Origin: Fistulifera solaris
Lineage: Eukaryota
Length of the DNA: 64,000 nucleotides
Direction of reading: 5' to 3'
Assembly: GCA_030295235.1 (NCBI GenBank)
Contig: AP026129.1
Coordinates: forward strand, 930,001-994,000
The notes under the pieces were generated by a model that searched no databases, was not told where the DNA came from, and worked only from the letters and a program-made list of their open reading frames with translations. Shown one piece after another: positions 36,899-48,651 of the stretch. Position 1 is the first letter of the stretch. Each line of letters starts with the position of its first letter. The position numbers and the translations under genes were made by a program.

Positions 36899-38753
36899 AT
36901 GTGGAAGAGAGTTATCCTTCTTCTTCTCTTTTAGCATCGACTTTGGGTCTCAACAGCCCACGCTTCAATCAAGTCGTTGCGAAATTTAAAGGAGACATTC
37001 TTGAATTTCGCGATTTCATGGAAAACCTCTACCTCGACATGCGTTGCAACGAGACATCCTTGAAGGAATGCCAGTCCTCTAACTACGACGAGTGTTTTGC
37101 AGCACTCCCCAGTCCTACTTGTCCCTCCGGTCCTGAATTCAATATTCCAAGCTGCGGCTCCGGTGAAGGGTGCCCGGGTTATGTCGATTTCACAACAAGC
37201 GTGTACAGCATCGCACCCGGCACCGCTGAAACGGACCCCCTCGTCTATGAAACGATTTGCTGGACTCGTCATATGAATGAATGGCTGATTCAACGAAACG
37301 AACGAGACAGGGCGTTCTGGGAGGATCTCGGAATCAATCCTGGCGCGATGTACTTCGGCAGCACAACCGGTGTCTTTCGCTACTACCCAGGTCGCCGCAC
37401 AAAGGACTGCGGAACCTACGATCCTCGCCCGCGCCCCTGGAATGTAGCCCCAAGTAGCGGTCCCAAGAACATCGTTCTTGTCCTTGACAAGAGCGGATCT
37501 ATGAAAGAGAATCGTATGACTTTAATGAAAAAAGCGGCGATTCGAGTCATCGAGACGTTAACAATGAGCGACCGCATCGCGATTGTTGTTTTCGACGAAA
37601 CGGCGAGGGTCATAGCCGATGAAGGAATGTATCTCTACCCAGCGAACAACGAGAGTAAAGCCATCCTCATCGATGCTATCGCTAATCTGGAAGCCAAGGG
37701 GGAAACCAACTTTTACGACGCTTTCGAAAAGGCGTTTGATGTACTGGACATTTCAAAGGGAGAGGAGCTGACCGTGAACTGCAACAGTGCTCTGTTGTTC
37801 TTGACAGACGGTGAGATGACACACCCCGTTGGCATTACTCCGGAAACCGTCATCGATTTGGTTACGCGCCGTGTCAATGCAACGTCGACGAAGATGGGGA
37901 AGCCGGTTCTGTTCTTTTCGTATTCGATTTCCGAAGAAGAAGACGTGCACACCTTACCAAAGAAACTTGCATGCCCCCCTTCCATTAGGGGGTATGGTCC
38001 AGGATTAACAGGGAAGACCAGATCGTGGAGGCCTTGTCCAGCTACTACCAATTGTTCAGTTTAGGCCTTGGGGATGATGAAAATGCTGATTTTGTTTCGT
38101 GGGTTGAACCGTATATTTTTGTTACGGGGGGTCATCGAGGCACTACCATTGCCGCACCCGTATACGATCGCTCTACATCACCTCCGATGAAAATAGGCGT
38201 CGTCGGTCGAGACATAGTCTTCAAAGTTCTGACTGAAGCTCTCGAAACCGATAACGTCACCGAAGCCGTAGCTGAACTGGCCCGTTACTCAGTTGCGGTT
38301 TGCCCTGCAACAAATTTGCCTCGATGCGTCATCGAGGAGTATCGTAAGGCCTTCGGCGGGGACGAAGCTCGATGCTTTCCAGATGAATGCAACGCGGACG
38401 CTTTCAGTTCGATCGTACCAGAAAAGTGCTTCGACTCGAGCAAATATACGGGCAACCTATCTGCAAACTCCGATAACAAGGGTCGCTCGTACGCGGATAT
38501 TGTTTGCTGCGGCAGCAACAATGGCGTTTGCCTCGGTGGCGAGACGGAAGGCGGACTCACGAAAGCAATGATTATTGGAATTGCAGTCGGAGGCGGTGGT
38601 GTCATCATTGTCGCCCTTTTGATGCTCTATTGCTGCCGAAAGCGTTCAGGAAATAACAATCGTCGAGTGGTGGTTGTCAACGATGCTATTGCCGTGCCGG
38701 TTAATCCTCCTCCGATCGCTCCCAGCGCACCTACTTGGAAGTCCTCCCCTTAA
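36899..38753 (+). CDS. Type I membrane VWA-domain protein, calcium-channel alpha2delta-like
   Basis: Signal peptide MWKRVILLLL; MYFGSTTGVFRYYPG, YDPRPRPW, VLVLDKSGSM (MIDAS), FLTDG, WVEPY and GVVGRD; C-terminal TM. Shifts near 36930 and 37975. Confidence 0.88.
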
Positions 38754-39343
38754 ATATATTACTTAGTTCATGTTTGTATATCATCTTTGTTCGCTATTGA
38801 GGCATTTCTATGTACCCACAAGGCTGTAGAACTCGCTCGTCGCATCCTCTGCCTTGCGCCTCGTTCTCGGCTACCGACATGAAAAGACCGACCAAACGAA
38901 AGAAACAAGGATGGAGTTAAATGCTGATCTCATCCGAGGGGATGAATTTCGATGAATGAATCATCATCATTATTTGTAAACAGAATTTGCCCCAAGTGTT
39001 CTTTTTGTCGAAAGTGCAAAATCGAACTTTTACAAAAGATCCTTCCGGCAAAATCGTTTTCTCGTCCGCGATCTTTGACGCCACAATGAAACATACTACG
39101 TACCAGGTACTGGTAGTGTACATACAAAATACAATCTCTGAAAGTATGGCTCGTCGTCGTAACGTTACGAACAACGGAGCTTATTTGGAGTCGTGGATCG
39201 TGAAAATCTTTTGATCGTACTTTGTAGCCTAGTGTGAATAGATACCAGCGCTACGGTACCGACACAAATTTCTTTTACGCCTCATTTTCTTTTGAATCGG
39301 AAGAAACATCGATCTTCTCATATTCAAGACGATCTGTAGAAAG

Positions 39344-41176
39344 ATGATGAGATTTACCCTTTCTTTTCTTTTTTACAGTAACGGCTTGTGCCCTCAACAC
39401 GGCTCGCTTTGATGATGTCGTCTCAAAAGTCGAAGAAATGGTTATAGAGTATCGAGATTACATGGAAAGCCTCTATCTCGAAAAGCGATGCGATGAAAGT
39501 TCCCTGATGGAGTGTCAGGCAGCTAACTACGACGACTGCTTCTCTGCACTGCCCAGCCCGACTTGCCCCTCTGGCCCGGAATACAGCATTCCGAGCTGCG
39601 GCGGCGGAGAAGAGTGCTCGGGTTTCGTCGATTTTACAACTAGCGTGTACAGCGTCGCCCCGGGCACCGACGAGTCCGACCCGCTGGTGATTGAATCGGT
39701 ATGTTTCAGTCGTTTCATGGATGACTGGCTGATCCAACGAAACGAACGAGACAAAGCTGTATGGGATGAGATCGGGATAAAACCCCAAGCCTCGTTTTTC
39801 GGAAGCGCAACTGGTGCCTTTCGGTACTACCCCGGTCGCCGTTCCAAAAGCTGCGGAATCTACGATCCTACCATTCGACCCTGGTTTGTCGCCGGTAGTA
39901 GTGGTCCGAAAAACATTGTCCTCGTCTTGGACAAGTCTGGGTCAATGCAAGGCGCCCGAATGTCGCTCATGAAAGAAGCCGCAATTAGAGTCATCGAGAC
40001 CTTGACGATCAGCGACCGCGTAGCTATAGTTGTTTTTGACGAAACGGCAAGGATCATTGCCGATGAAGGAATGCATCTATACCAAGCCAATAACGCAAGC
40101 AAAGCCATTCTCGTAGATGCGATAAACAACCTGGAAGCTAAGGGAGCCACCAATATTTATGACGCTCTGGATAATGCGTTTGATGTGCTCAATATCTCAA
40201 TTGGAGAGGAGCTCGCAGTGCCTTGCAACTCGGCCATTCTCTTTTGACAGATGGCGAGATGACGCACCCCGAAGGTATTACTCCAGAAAACGTCACCGAT
40301 TTGGTGACACGCCGTCTCAACGAAACATCCACCCGAAACCAGAAACCAGTGATGTTCTTTTCGTTTTCAGTTTCGGAAGCGGAAAATGTGCATGCGTTAC
40401 CCAAGGAGCTTGCCTGCTCCCATGAGTACGGAGTATGGTCCAGAATAGACCGCGATGACAAAATTGTGGAGGCCTTGTCGAGCTATTACCGTCTATTCGC
40501 GCTGAACCTTGGCCTCGAAGAGAATGCTGATTTCGTAGCATGGGTGGAACCGTACATTTACTCTACGGGAGACACCCTGGGCACAACTGCCTCGGCTCCG
40601 GTATACGATCGCACCAAATCGCCGCCGCTTTTTCTCGGCGTTGTCGGTATCGACATTCCCTTTGCGGCGCTCCAACGAGCACTAGGAAGCGACGACATCG
40701 CCGAAGCCATAGAGGAACTGGCCCGTCGTTCCGCGGCTGTCTGCCCGACTTTAGAGCTTACCCAGTGCGAACTCGAATCTTACCGGGCAGCGTCGGGTGG
40801 AGAAGAGTCCCGGTGCCTACCGGATCTTTGCAGCGCGGATGATCTTGTAGAGACCATCGCTGCGGAGTGTACCGACTCGAGCAAGTACCCAGACAACCTT
40901 CGTGCCAACGTCGACGCAAAAGAGCTCACCTTCGAGGAGGATGTTTGCTGCGTCAGCGATAACGCTTCTGACACGGGCGTTTGCGTAGGCAGCGACCTTT
41001 ATGTTGAAGATAAGGACGGTCTGTCTAAAGGCGCAATCGCAGGAATAGCCGTCGGAGGTGCCATCGGATTCTTGTGTCTAGTTTTTGTTTGTTGCGGAAA
41101 GGGCAAAGACGAGCCCGAAATTATCTACGTTCGTCCTCAACCAACCGCACCGCACCAGAATCCACCGACTGCCTAA
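39344..41176 (+). CDS. Tandem paralogue: VWA/alpha2delta-like type I membrane protein
   Basis: YDPTIRPW, VLVLDKSGSM, LTDGE, WVEPY, GVVGIDI and TM GAIAGIAVGG. Shifts near 39370 and 40241. Confidence 0.88.
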
Positions 41177-41265
41177 CGTTGATAAACCCGATCGTTAATA
41201 AATAGCTTCAGTATTATGTAAACAGACGCTACATGGTTAAATCCTTACTTGTACTCTAACTTATT

Positions 41266-41835
41266 TCACAAAGTCTCCTGACTCATCTCCTTACCTGTGT
41301 TCAAGCAATTGCTATACTTCTCCAACACCCGAACGAGGAAGTGATCGACATCCGGTATAGCCCAGGGTTGTGCAGTGATTGTCAAATGAACATTTCCAGC
41401 ATAGCTCATCAAAGAAACGCTGATAGGAATACCTGTCGAGAATGGTACACAACCATAAATAGTTATTACTCGTCGAACACCTAGATGGACCGGTTTGGGG
41501 AGTCCCCTGTTGTTACTTATCACGGCGATGGATCCACCATTAGAACAAGCGTACATCCATCCGACAAAGCGAGTGGGTAGAACTGCGGACGCGTACGAAA
41601 AGCCTTTTGCGAGAATGTGACTGTGAATCGCAGTTGGCATGCTTTTCGCAGTCGCCAAGGTATCATGTACCTGGAGTAGTCGTTTGTGTGATTGCGATCG
41701 AGACGGATCGTCTTCTTCACCCGGAACGCGGACAACAAAAGCTCCTATATTATTCCCCGCCGATTCTCCTGGAAGCACTACCCCGCCTTTCAGGTGCACT
41801 GGGAAGCGCAATGGTGAACTGCTCCTGTTTCGCAA
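41266..41835 (-). pseudogene. C-terminal fragment of a wax ester synthase/diacylglycerol acyltransferase (WS/DGAT)
   Basis: PVHL.GG..GNNIGAFV, RLLQVH, AVISNNRG and SLMSYAGNVHLTITA. The N-terminal HHxxxDG domain is absent; upstream sequence is a VWA-gene remnant. Confidence 0.75.
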
Positions 41836-41877
41836 ATTTCGTAGGATTTGAGTCAGTCGAAATTGCCTGGATCCTAC

Positions 41878-42150
41878 TTGCCAACGAAGAAGTTAAGGGA
41901 CTTCCCTACGAGGAGATTTTTGTTGCGCAAGCGATAACGCTTCTGACACGGATATTTGTTTGGGCAGTGAGCGGTTGAAAGGCGCCATAGTAGGAATTTA
42001 TGTGGTAGGTACTGTCGTATTCTTGTGTCTTGTGTCTAGTTTTCGTTTGTTGCCAAATGTGTGGCGGAAAGGGCGAAGACGAGCCCGAGACGCCCGACGG
42101 CACCGCACCAGAATCCAGCGACTGCCCATCTTTGATCAATAGCTTCAGCA
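41878..42150 (+). pseudogene. Decayed copy of the 3' end of the 39344-41176 VWA gene
   Basis: Shares GCCAACG, GCGATAACGCTTCTGACACG, GCGGAAAGGGC.AAGACGAGCCCGA, CACCAGAATCC and AATAGCTTCAG with 40903-41210. Confidence 0.85.
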
Positions 42151-42329
42151 ATGGATCGGTCGTTCGCACTTTTGTTGTTCGCGCTCTTATTAGTCTCTTG
42201 TGGAATCATTCATTCCTCTTTCAAAGCAACCGATTTCTAAGGTGCAACACCAATTAGAGCGCCTGGAAAGCACATAAAGACGTCAAGCAAGCGCAGGAGG
42301 ACAGTGAGAGTCGTTCTAGAAACCATCGG

Positions 42330-43077
42330 TTCCATTACAAGGGCGCAAGGAAGTTGGTGTTTGCCAGAAAGGCTGTCAAACGGCAAAATGCGACCACTCA
42401 TTTTGTACCACGGAGTTCCGGCTTGTTACAGCTGTGTTGTCACGGAGAAGAATCGTTGCTGACACGAAGCAACTCAGATCAAAGATCTCCGGTCACTTGC
42501 CTCGAAAGCTTATGTCGCATGATTGCGGGGCAGTTTGTTTCGGGTTTTTCGGCACAGGCAGCATGGAAGCATTTACTGGAAATATCTTCGAGGGAATTGA
42601 CACCCGAGCATGTTCTCGCGCTGATTTCGGACGACTCCGCCAGAATCGATCCGGAACTTTTTGAAACGAATTTACGAAAACCTGCTGGTCTTACGAAAGC
42701 AAAAGCCGCATCCATTGTCGATCTCGCGCTCCATTTCCAGGAAGGAATGCTTTCGGAACACTTTTGATGACAACAATCGATGAAACAGAAATACGGAAAG
42801 CACCTTTACAAGTTGAAGGAATGGGACTTTCGAGCTGTGATATGTGTCTTATCTTCTTTGGAGCGACCGGGTGTTTTACCGATTGGAGATCTGGGTGTTC
42901 AAAAGGCATAGCCAAGTATTTTGCACTCTAATGAAGCCTCAAGAAACACCAGCTGTTTCAACGAGACGGACAAAAGATGACAGAAAGGTTGCTGCTTTAC
43001 AAACCGTACTTCTCGCTACTTGCTTATTACATGTGGCGGGCTGCCGACACGCCATTGCTGGAGGACTCTCAAATTAA
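42330..43077 (+). pseudogene. HhH-GPD DNA-3-methyladenine glycosylase (AlkA/Mag1-like), disrupted
   Basis: ESLCRMIAGQFVS..AQAAW, GLTKAKA.SI.DLA, an eroded HhH motif (VEGMGLSS), LPIGDLGVQKG and PY..L.TCLLH. Several frameshifts and no clear start. Confidence 0.7.
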
Positions 43078-43619
43078 TACAAAATCGCAATTGGACCACC
43101 GGGTGTTTCGTCGTTGCAACGAAGAGTAACAACAGTCTGGCAACGCCAGCGACACCATCGAAGCCTGAGCAAACACGACGTCTTGTCACTCCATTGTAAG
43201 TAAGCCGACGCTGCACAAAAGTAGACGACATGGCGTCGGACAGCAAGATGCGTAATGACCACATTTCTTGACGACTCTGTCGGCGCTTGTACTGCTTTCG
43301 ATAACAACTAATGAGCTGTTTCCTTCATAATTAGTCCGCGACGAATGTTCACACGCACTGTATGGTTGTCCTCGGATTAAAATTCTTGCGAGCAGAAAAA
43401 TCGTACCATTAAAGCTGCTGCGTTGATTGGTTCGAAGGGCATTGAATGTTTCTCGAGCAATTGCACCATTTCCTTCCATAATTCGCTCCCATCCCTGCGG
43501 GCAACGCTACTGACGATGAGCGCTGCAAGTGAAAACATATAGCGCCATCTTTCCATGTCATCGATAGTAGTTTCAATGCTGTTTCACAGCTCTTGTTTTG
43601 GTTTCGATGGTTTTTTTTT

Positions 43620-43890
43620 TATTGTGGGCGAGTGGTATTTTTACTTTTCCAGAAAAGATGGGGGTGTGTTATTTTAACGTGTCCAGAAAATGCGGGGATG
43701 TGCTTTTTTCACGTGTCCAGAAAATGCGGGCATGTGCTTTTTTCACGTGTCCAGAAAATGCGGGCATGTGCTTTTTTCACGTGTCCAGAAAATGCGGGCA
43801 TGTGCTTTTTCACGTCTCCAGAAAATAATGTGGCGTGTGGCTTTTTCACGTCTCCAGAAAATGCGGGCGTGTGGTATTTTCACGTGTCAA
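43620..43890. repeat. Minisatellite, about 8 head-to-tail units of about 34 bp (CACGTGTCCAGAAAATGCGGGCATGTGCTTTTTT)
   Basis: Unit starts at 43642, 43676, 43710, 43744, 43778, 43811, 43847 and 43881; edge units are degenerate. Confidence 0.95.
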
Positions 43891-44036
43891 GGCTGAACAC
43901 TTATGCTGCAACCTGTTCGCATTTATGATCACTTCGTCCCGCAGTAATAGCTCGCCTCACTAATATAGGCGCTCTACGTCTATTGTTATGCAAGGTATCC
44001 ATTTTCAAAAGCAAATCGAATCTAGTTAATTGGTTT

Positions 44037-45403
44037 TTACTTGGCCACCGCACACGGTTCACAAAAGTGATCAATAGTATCCAACATGGCTTGTTCATCA
44101 AAGTCCGCCGTGAAGACACAATTGCCCAGTTCCCCTCTCAAGAGAATGAGACGCAACTGCCCATTCGCCACTTTCTTGTCGACACTCATGAGTTTCAGGA
44201 AAGTATCCCGATTCATGGGAGAATCGGAGGGCAAGGCGACCGGGAGCTTGGCCCGTTCCAACAACTTCATCGTGCGTTGCAGGAGTGACTCATCAATCCA
44301 TCCCATTTGGGCACTCATGCGGGCCGCCATGGCAATACCAATTGCAACGGCTTCTCCGTGTAACCATGTTCCGTATCCTGATCCATTTTCAATTGCGTGT
44401 CCGAAGGTATGTCCCAAATTGAGCGTCGCACGGACATCGGCTTCTTTTTCGTCCGCTTTGACGACGGCCGCCTTGTTCAAGCACGACTGCACGACCGCAT
44501 AACGCAAGGCAGCCGGATCGCGTTGCACCAATCGTTCCATATTCTCTTCTAACCATTCAAAAGAGCCGCATCCCGAATCAATCCGTACTTGATAATTTCC
44601 GAAATACCCGATTGCAATTCCCGATCGGGCAGTGTTTCGAGTGTCGCCGTATTGACAAAGACACAAGACGGTTGATGAAAGGCCCCAATCATATTCTTGC
44701 CCAACGCATGATTGACCCCGGTCTTTCCTCCGACACTACTATCGACCATGGCCATGACCGTCGTGGGGATTTGCACAAACGCAATGCCGCGCAAATACAC
44801 GGCGGCCGCAAATCCCACCATGTCACCAATGACACCTCCACCCAACGCCACTAACGTGGACTTGCGATCGAGTCCCAACTCGAGACAGCGATCGAGAATT
44901 TTCTGTAAATTGTTCATATCCTTTTGTTCTTCTCCATCGGGCAACACGAGGGTGTGAATGTCTTTGGCGCGATTGTTGCGTGATAGTAATTGTTGATAGT
45001 GATCCAAGTACGTGGGTGCGATGCGATCGTTGGTAATTAATAAGACTTTTTGCCGGCCAAGTGTTGTTGCAACAAGGTAGCGGCTGTGTCATAAAAAGGT
45101 GAGCGAAGCGAATTAGCAACAAAACGAAACGAATCGAAACGAAACTTAATTCAACTCAACTCAACTCAGTGGACACTTACATTCGTCTTCCGAATATCCT
45201 GTACCGATATAGATGGGATAATCGCGATCATCTTCTAGATCAACTTTTACAATATCGTATTGTTCTTTGCTTTCTAACGTACTACCGAGTGAGGACCCCA
45301 ACACAGTTGATGATGTGGATGGACGGGAAACAATCGTCCAGGCATTCGTTCCGCCCATCATTGACAAAAATAACATCCAGAAGTATGCGATGTAGGCCAT
45401 CAT
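44037..45403 (-). CDS. aroB: Plastid 3-dehydroquinate synthase
   Basis: DYPIYIG, LPDGEEQK, ALGGGVIGD, QIPTT..VDSSVGGKTGVN, KNMIGAF, EIIKYG, LNLGHTFGHAIE and LHGEAVA. Intron at about 45180-45090; shifts near 45050 and 44560. Confidence 0.95.
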
Positions 45404-45904
45404 ATTAATTTATTCAAAACCCTGAAACGTCCTAGAATCAACAAAAGAGACCAACGCCTTTTGTGTGCGCGATGATGCTTATTACTTTTTGCAGTTTTTG
45501 TTTTATTGAATTGTTGTGAATGGCACTACAACCACAAAAATAGAAAAGGGGGCTCAAGCTCAAGTAGTAGTACCAGTTAACTACTGGTACGATAATGTTA
45601 CGAGTTAACAGGATGCCAGTACAAACAGAGTCCCGTGACGACGACTCATGATTAACTCGTCCTTCCTGCGCATCGCGCGCGGTCAGCTGTTTCTCGCCAA
45701 AAGGCGCGAAGTGAGGAGAATTCTTAACGACCAGCCAAACAATCAAGGTTTTCGCAATCACGACAAAACGAACTCCTGCTCACCTCGCTTTATCATATTA
45801 TTTCCTCTTTCAAACACTCCCGAACTCGTACTATTTTGTAATCTATCTATCTCGTTCCTCCTCTGCTTAAAGATCTGCTTAAAGAGGAGCACATACAACT
45901 AAGC

Positions 45905-47026
45905 ATGTTATTATTACGCAACTCGACGAAATCATCGACACGACGACTCGTATTGCCGTACGAAATCCGTCTGCATACTGCACACCGCGATGAACAATTG
46001 GCCCGACTCGTGGCCGAAGCCTTTGCTTTAAATCAACAGTCGTTGCGGATACAACCACTGACGGGAGGATTGTCAAATTCACTTTTTGTGGCGTATCATC
46101 AACAACAACCGGTAGCTTTGATTCGAGTTCATCCGGATCCTCCGTCCAACAATTATCTCCACCACAGCAAGCACAATCCTCCACCCTTTATTGATCACCG
46201 CACCGAAACAAAATTACTCTGTTGGTTGAGTCAACAACATCATTTGGCACCCAAATTATACGGCTCATTTCAAAATGGACGTTTGGAAGAATTTTATCCC
46301 CATCATCAACCGCTTTCGTCGTGTCGTGAGATGATACGTTACGCCCCTGTCATTGCCCAACGCATGGCGCAATTACACGCATTACCACAAGAGATTGTTA
46401 CCATCTCTTGTCAGGAACGGACCCGTCAATGGCTGGCATTGGCGGAGTCGCTCGTCGTGTCGCACGAAAGGGAATTGTCGCCATTCTTGCAAACATTGCG
46501 AGACGAATGGCAGTGGATCGAATCCGTATTATTCCATAATACTTCCGCTGCAACACCCATACAATCCTTCTTGGCCCAACGGGTCTTGACACACGGTGAT
46601 TTACAGTCCCTCAATGTATTAGTTAGCGAAGAGGATACGACCGATGTGCGGATCATTGATTACGAATACGCCAGTTACAGTCCACGGGGATTTGATCTGG
46701 CCAATACGTTTTGTGAGTATTGTGATATGAATCATTTGTGTGCCGATTATGATCGGGAGTATCCGACCACAACAGAACAAAAAGATTTCTTACGGTCGTA
46801 TTTGCACACATTGGGTCAACCGATTCCGAGTGAGGAGTATTTGCAGGAACTGGGCGAACAAGTGGGACGTTATACGGTCGTCTCGCATATCTCTTGGGCT
46901 ATTTGGAGTATTGTACAGCATTTTCAATCTGCACAACGGGAGACATTTGATTATTTGCAATACGCGAGACATCGCTTGGAGGGGAATGCGTTCAGTAAGC
47001 GGCTATTTTGGGCTTTGGAAAGCTAG
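45905..47026 (+). CDS. Choline/ethanolamine kinase
   Basis: LTGGLSN, FQNGRLEEF, THGDLQSLNV (Brenner motif) and IIDYEYASYSPRGFDLANTFCE. Confidence 0.93.
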   Translation: MLLLRNSTKSSTRRLVLPYEIRLHTAHRDEQLARLVAEAFALNQQSLRIQPLTGGLSNSLFVAYHQQQPVALIRVHPDPPSNNYLHHSKHNPPPFIDHRTETKLLCWLSQQHHLAPKLYGSFQNGRLEEFYPHHQPLSSCREMIRYAPVIAQRMAQLHALPQEIVTISCQERTRQWLALAESLVVSHERELSPFLQTLRDEWQWIESVLFHNTSAATPIQSFLAQRVLTHGDLQSLNVLVSEEDTTDVRIIDYEYASYSPRGFDLANTFCEYCDMNHLCADYDREYPTTTEQKDFLRSYLHTLGQPIPSEEYLQELGEQVGRYTVVSHISWAIWSIVQHFQSAQRETFDYLQYARHRLEGNAFSKRLFWALES

Positions 47027-47100
47027 TGCTTTGTCTTAGTACAATGATTAGAAGCTATTTGTTTCACTCTATTGTTATTCATTCGATTCAAATACTTCCT

Positions 47101-48651
47101 CTAAAAATCTTCTAACCCATATGGATCAAACTCATCCAGATTCTCATCGCCTAATGCAAATACTGATGCTAAATTCGACCGTGTTCCTTCTTCATCTCCG
47201 TACAGGAAATCATACAAATCGCGACGTTCTTCTCGAAGCTGCTCTTTGTCACCATTCTTCGACTTTGCCAATTTCTTCTTCTGCTGGTTCGGAGCGCTGT
47301 GACTGCTGCTAGAACTCTTAACGCGCGGTTTATCGGTGATCGAGAATTCGAACTCATCGTCGTCGTCTTCGTCGTCTTCGTCATCCAAGTCCATTAACAT
47401 TTTGGAAGCCACGGCTACAGGTCGTACCGCGGCTGGGCGAAGAGCTGGCGTTGCCTTCTCTTTTGGTTTCCTTGGCGAAACTACCTTGATGGTTTCCGCT
47501 TTTCCCAGTCCACGGGGTCGTAATTGGCGCAAGGAGTCACTGGTGGATGTTAACAGCGAAGGAGGCGCAGATGCTCGGGGGACTGCAGGACCAGCCGGTT
47601 TGTTTCTCTTCCGTCTCGGGGGCAATGTAGTCCCACGTTCGGCCGCCGCTTCTCTTCTTTGCTTGGAAATGGCCTCTAGTGTACGTTTGCGATATTCAGC
47701 ATCTTGCCATTTAGCTTTCATAGCGGAGCTGATTTTTTCACGATGCGTGTCGCGATTGGCGGCGCCCATTTTCTCCAACATGGCGGAACGGAATTCGTCG
47801 TCTTGCCATTTCCTTTTGAGTGTTTCACTAATTTTTTGACGAACATGCTCCTGTGAGTTCCCAGCACCCGTCTTTGCCAGCATGGTGGCCCGGTATTCCG
47901 GGTCTTCAGACCAACGTTTTCTCAACGAGGCTGATATCTTGGCTCTTGTCTCTTCCGAGTGGCTGAAACCTCTTCGAACTTTCGAAGGATCAACATTGCG
48001 TTTCCCGTCTATTTCACCAGATGCATACTTTTCTTTCAAAATGGAACTGATTTTCTGTTTTGTTTCTGGTGTGTGACGATAACCTCCTTTTTCGGTTAGA
48101 CGGGCTCTCCGTTCTCTGTCTTTCGCGGCGCGCTCTCGTTTCTTTTGTTCGTTGTATTCTTCTTCCGTAAGTCCTAGATTTTTTAATTTTTCGAGAAAAC
48201 GTTCACGATTCTTGGCCCTGACGCCTGCCGCAATCCGAGCTTTGACCTCCTCCGAACGTTGCTGACCTTTGTTCCATGGTGTCTTGCCTTTGTTAGCTTG
48301 CGATATTTTGGCCTTGGAGGCACTGGTGTGAGTGTATCCCCCATTTTTGGTCGGTCTCGGTACATCGTCTTGATCGAGTTGATGAAAGAGTTCATCCAGG
48401 TCACCATCATTCGTCAAATTGATTCCGTTTATTCGATATGTGGAGACATATTCTGTTTGCGAGGAGGAGTCGATCGTAGCTCGCAAGTGCTGCAAACTAG
48501 GACTTAGCACCTTTCTGTAAAAATCGGTCGTCTGGTATAGACACCTCCTCGTTGTCGGTCGAAACGCATGAACCCAAACCAAATTGAGAAACAGCAAAGT
48601 ATGTGGCAATTTCACGATATTTCGTCGCATGCGAGACTGTGAGCGCTTCAT
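47101..48651 (-). CDS. Plastid-targeted protein with several NUMOD3-like DNA-binding motifs
   Basis: VHAFRP leader; HTSASKAKISQANKGKTPWNKG, HTPETKQKISS, HSEETRAKISASLRKRW and repeated KIS..K.KWQD. No nuclease motif seen. Confidence 0.8.
   Translation of the reverse strand: MKRSQSRMRRNIVKLPHTLLFLNLVWVHAFRPTTRRCLYQTTDFYRKVLSPSLQHLRATIDSSSQTEYVSTYRINGINLTNDGDLDELFHQLDQDDVPRPTKNGGYTHTSASKAKISQANKGKTPWNKGQQRSEEVKARIAAGVRAKNRERFLEKLKNLGLTEEEYNEQKKRERAAKDRERRARLTEKGGYRHTPETKQKISSILKEKYASGEIDGKRNVDPSKVRRGFSHSEETRAKISASLRKRWSEDPEYRATMLAKTGAGNSQEHVRQKISETLKRKWQDDEFRSAMLEKMGAANRDTHREKISSAMKAKWQDAEYRKRTLEAISKQRREAAAERGTTLPPRRKRNKPAGPAVPRASAPPSLLTSTSDSLRQLRPRGLGKAETIKVVSPRKPKEKATPALRPAAVRPVAVASKMLMDLDDEDDEDDDDEFEFSITDKPRVKSSSSSHSAPNQQKKKLAKSKNGDKEQLREERRDLYDFLYGDEEGTRSNLASVFALGDENLDEFDPYGLEDF

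Noticed and set aside
43620..43890. CRISPR array
   Set aside because: Units are head-to-tail with no unique spacers, there are no cas genes, and the context is eukaryotic.
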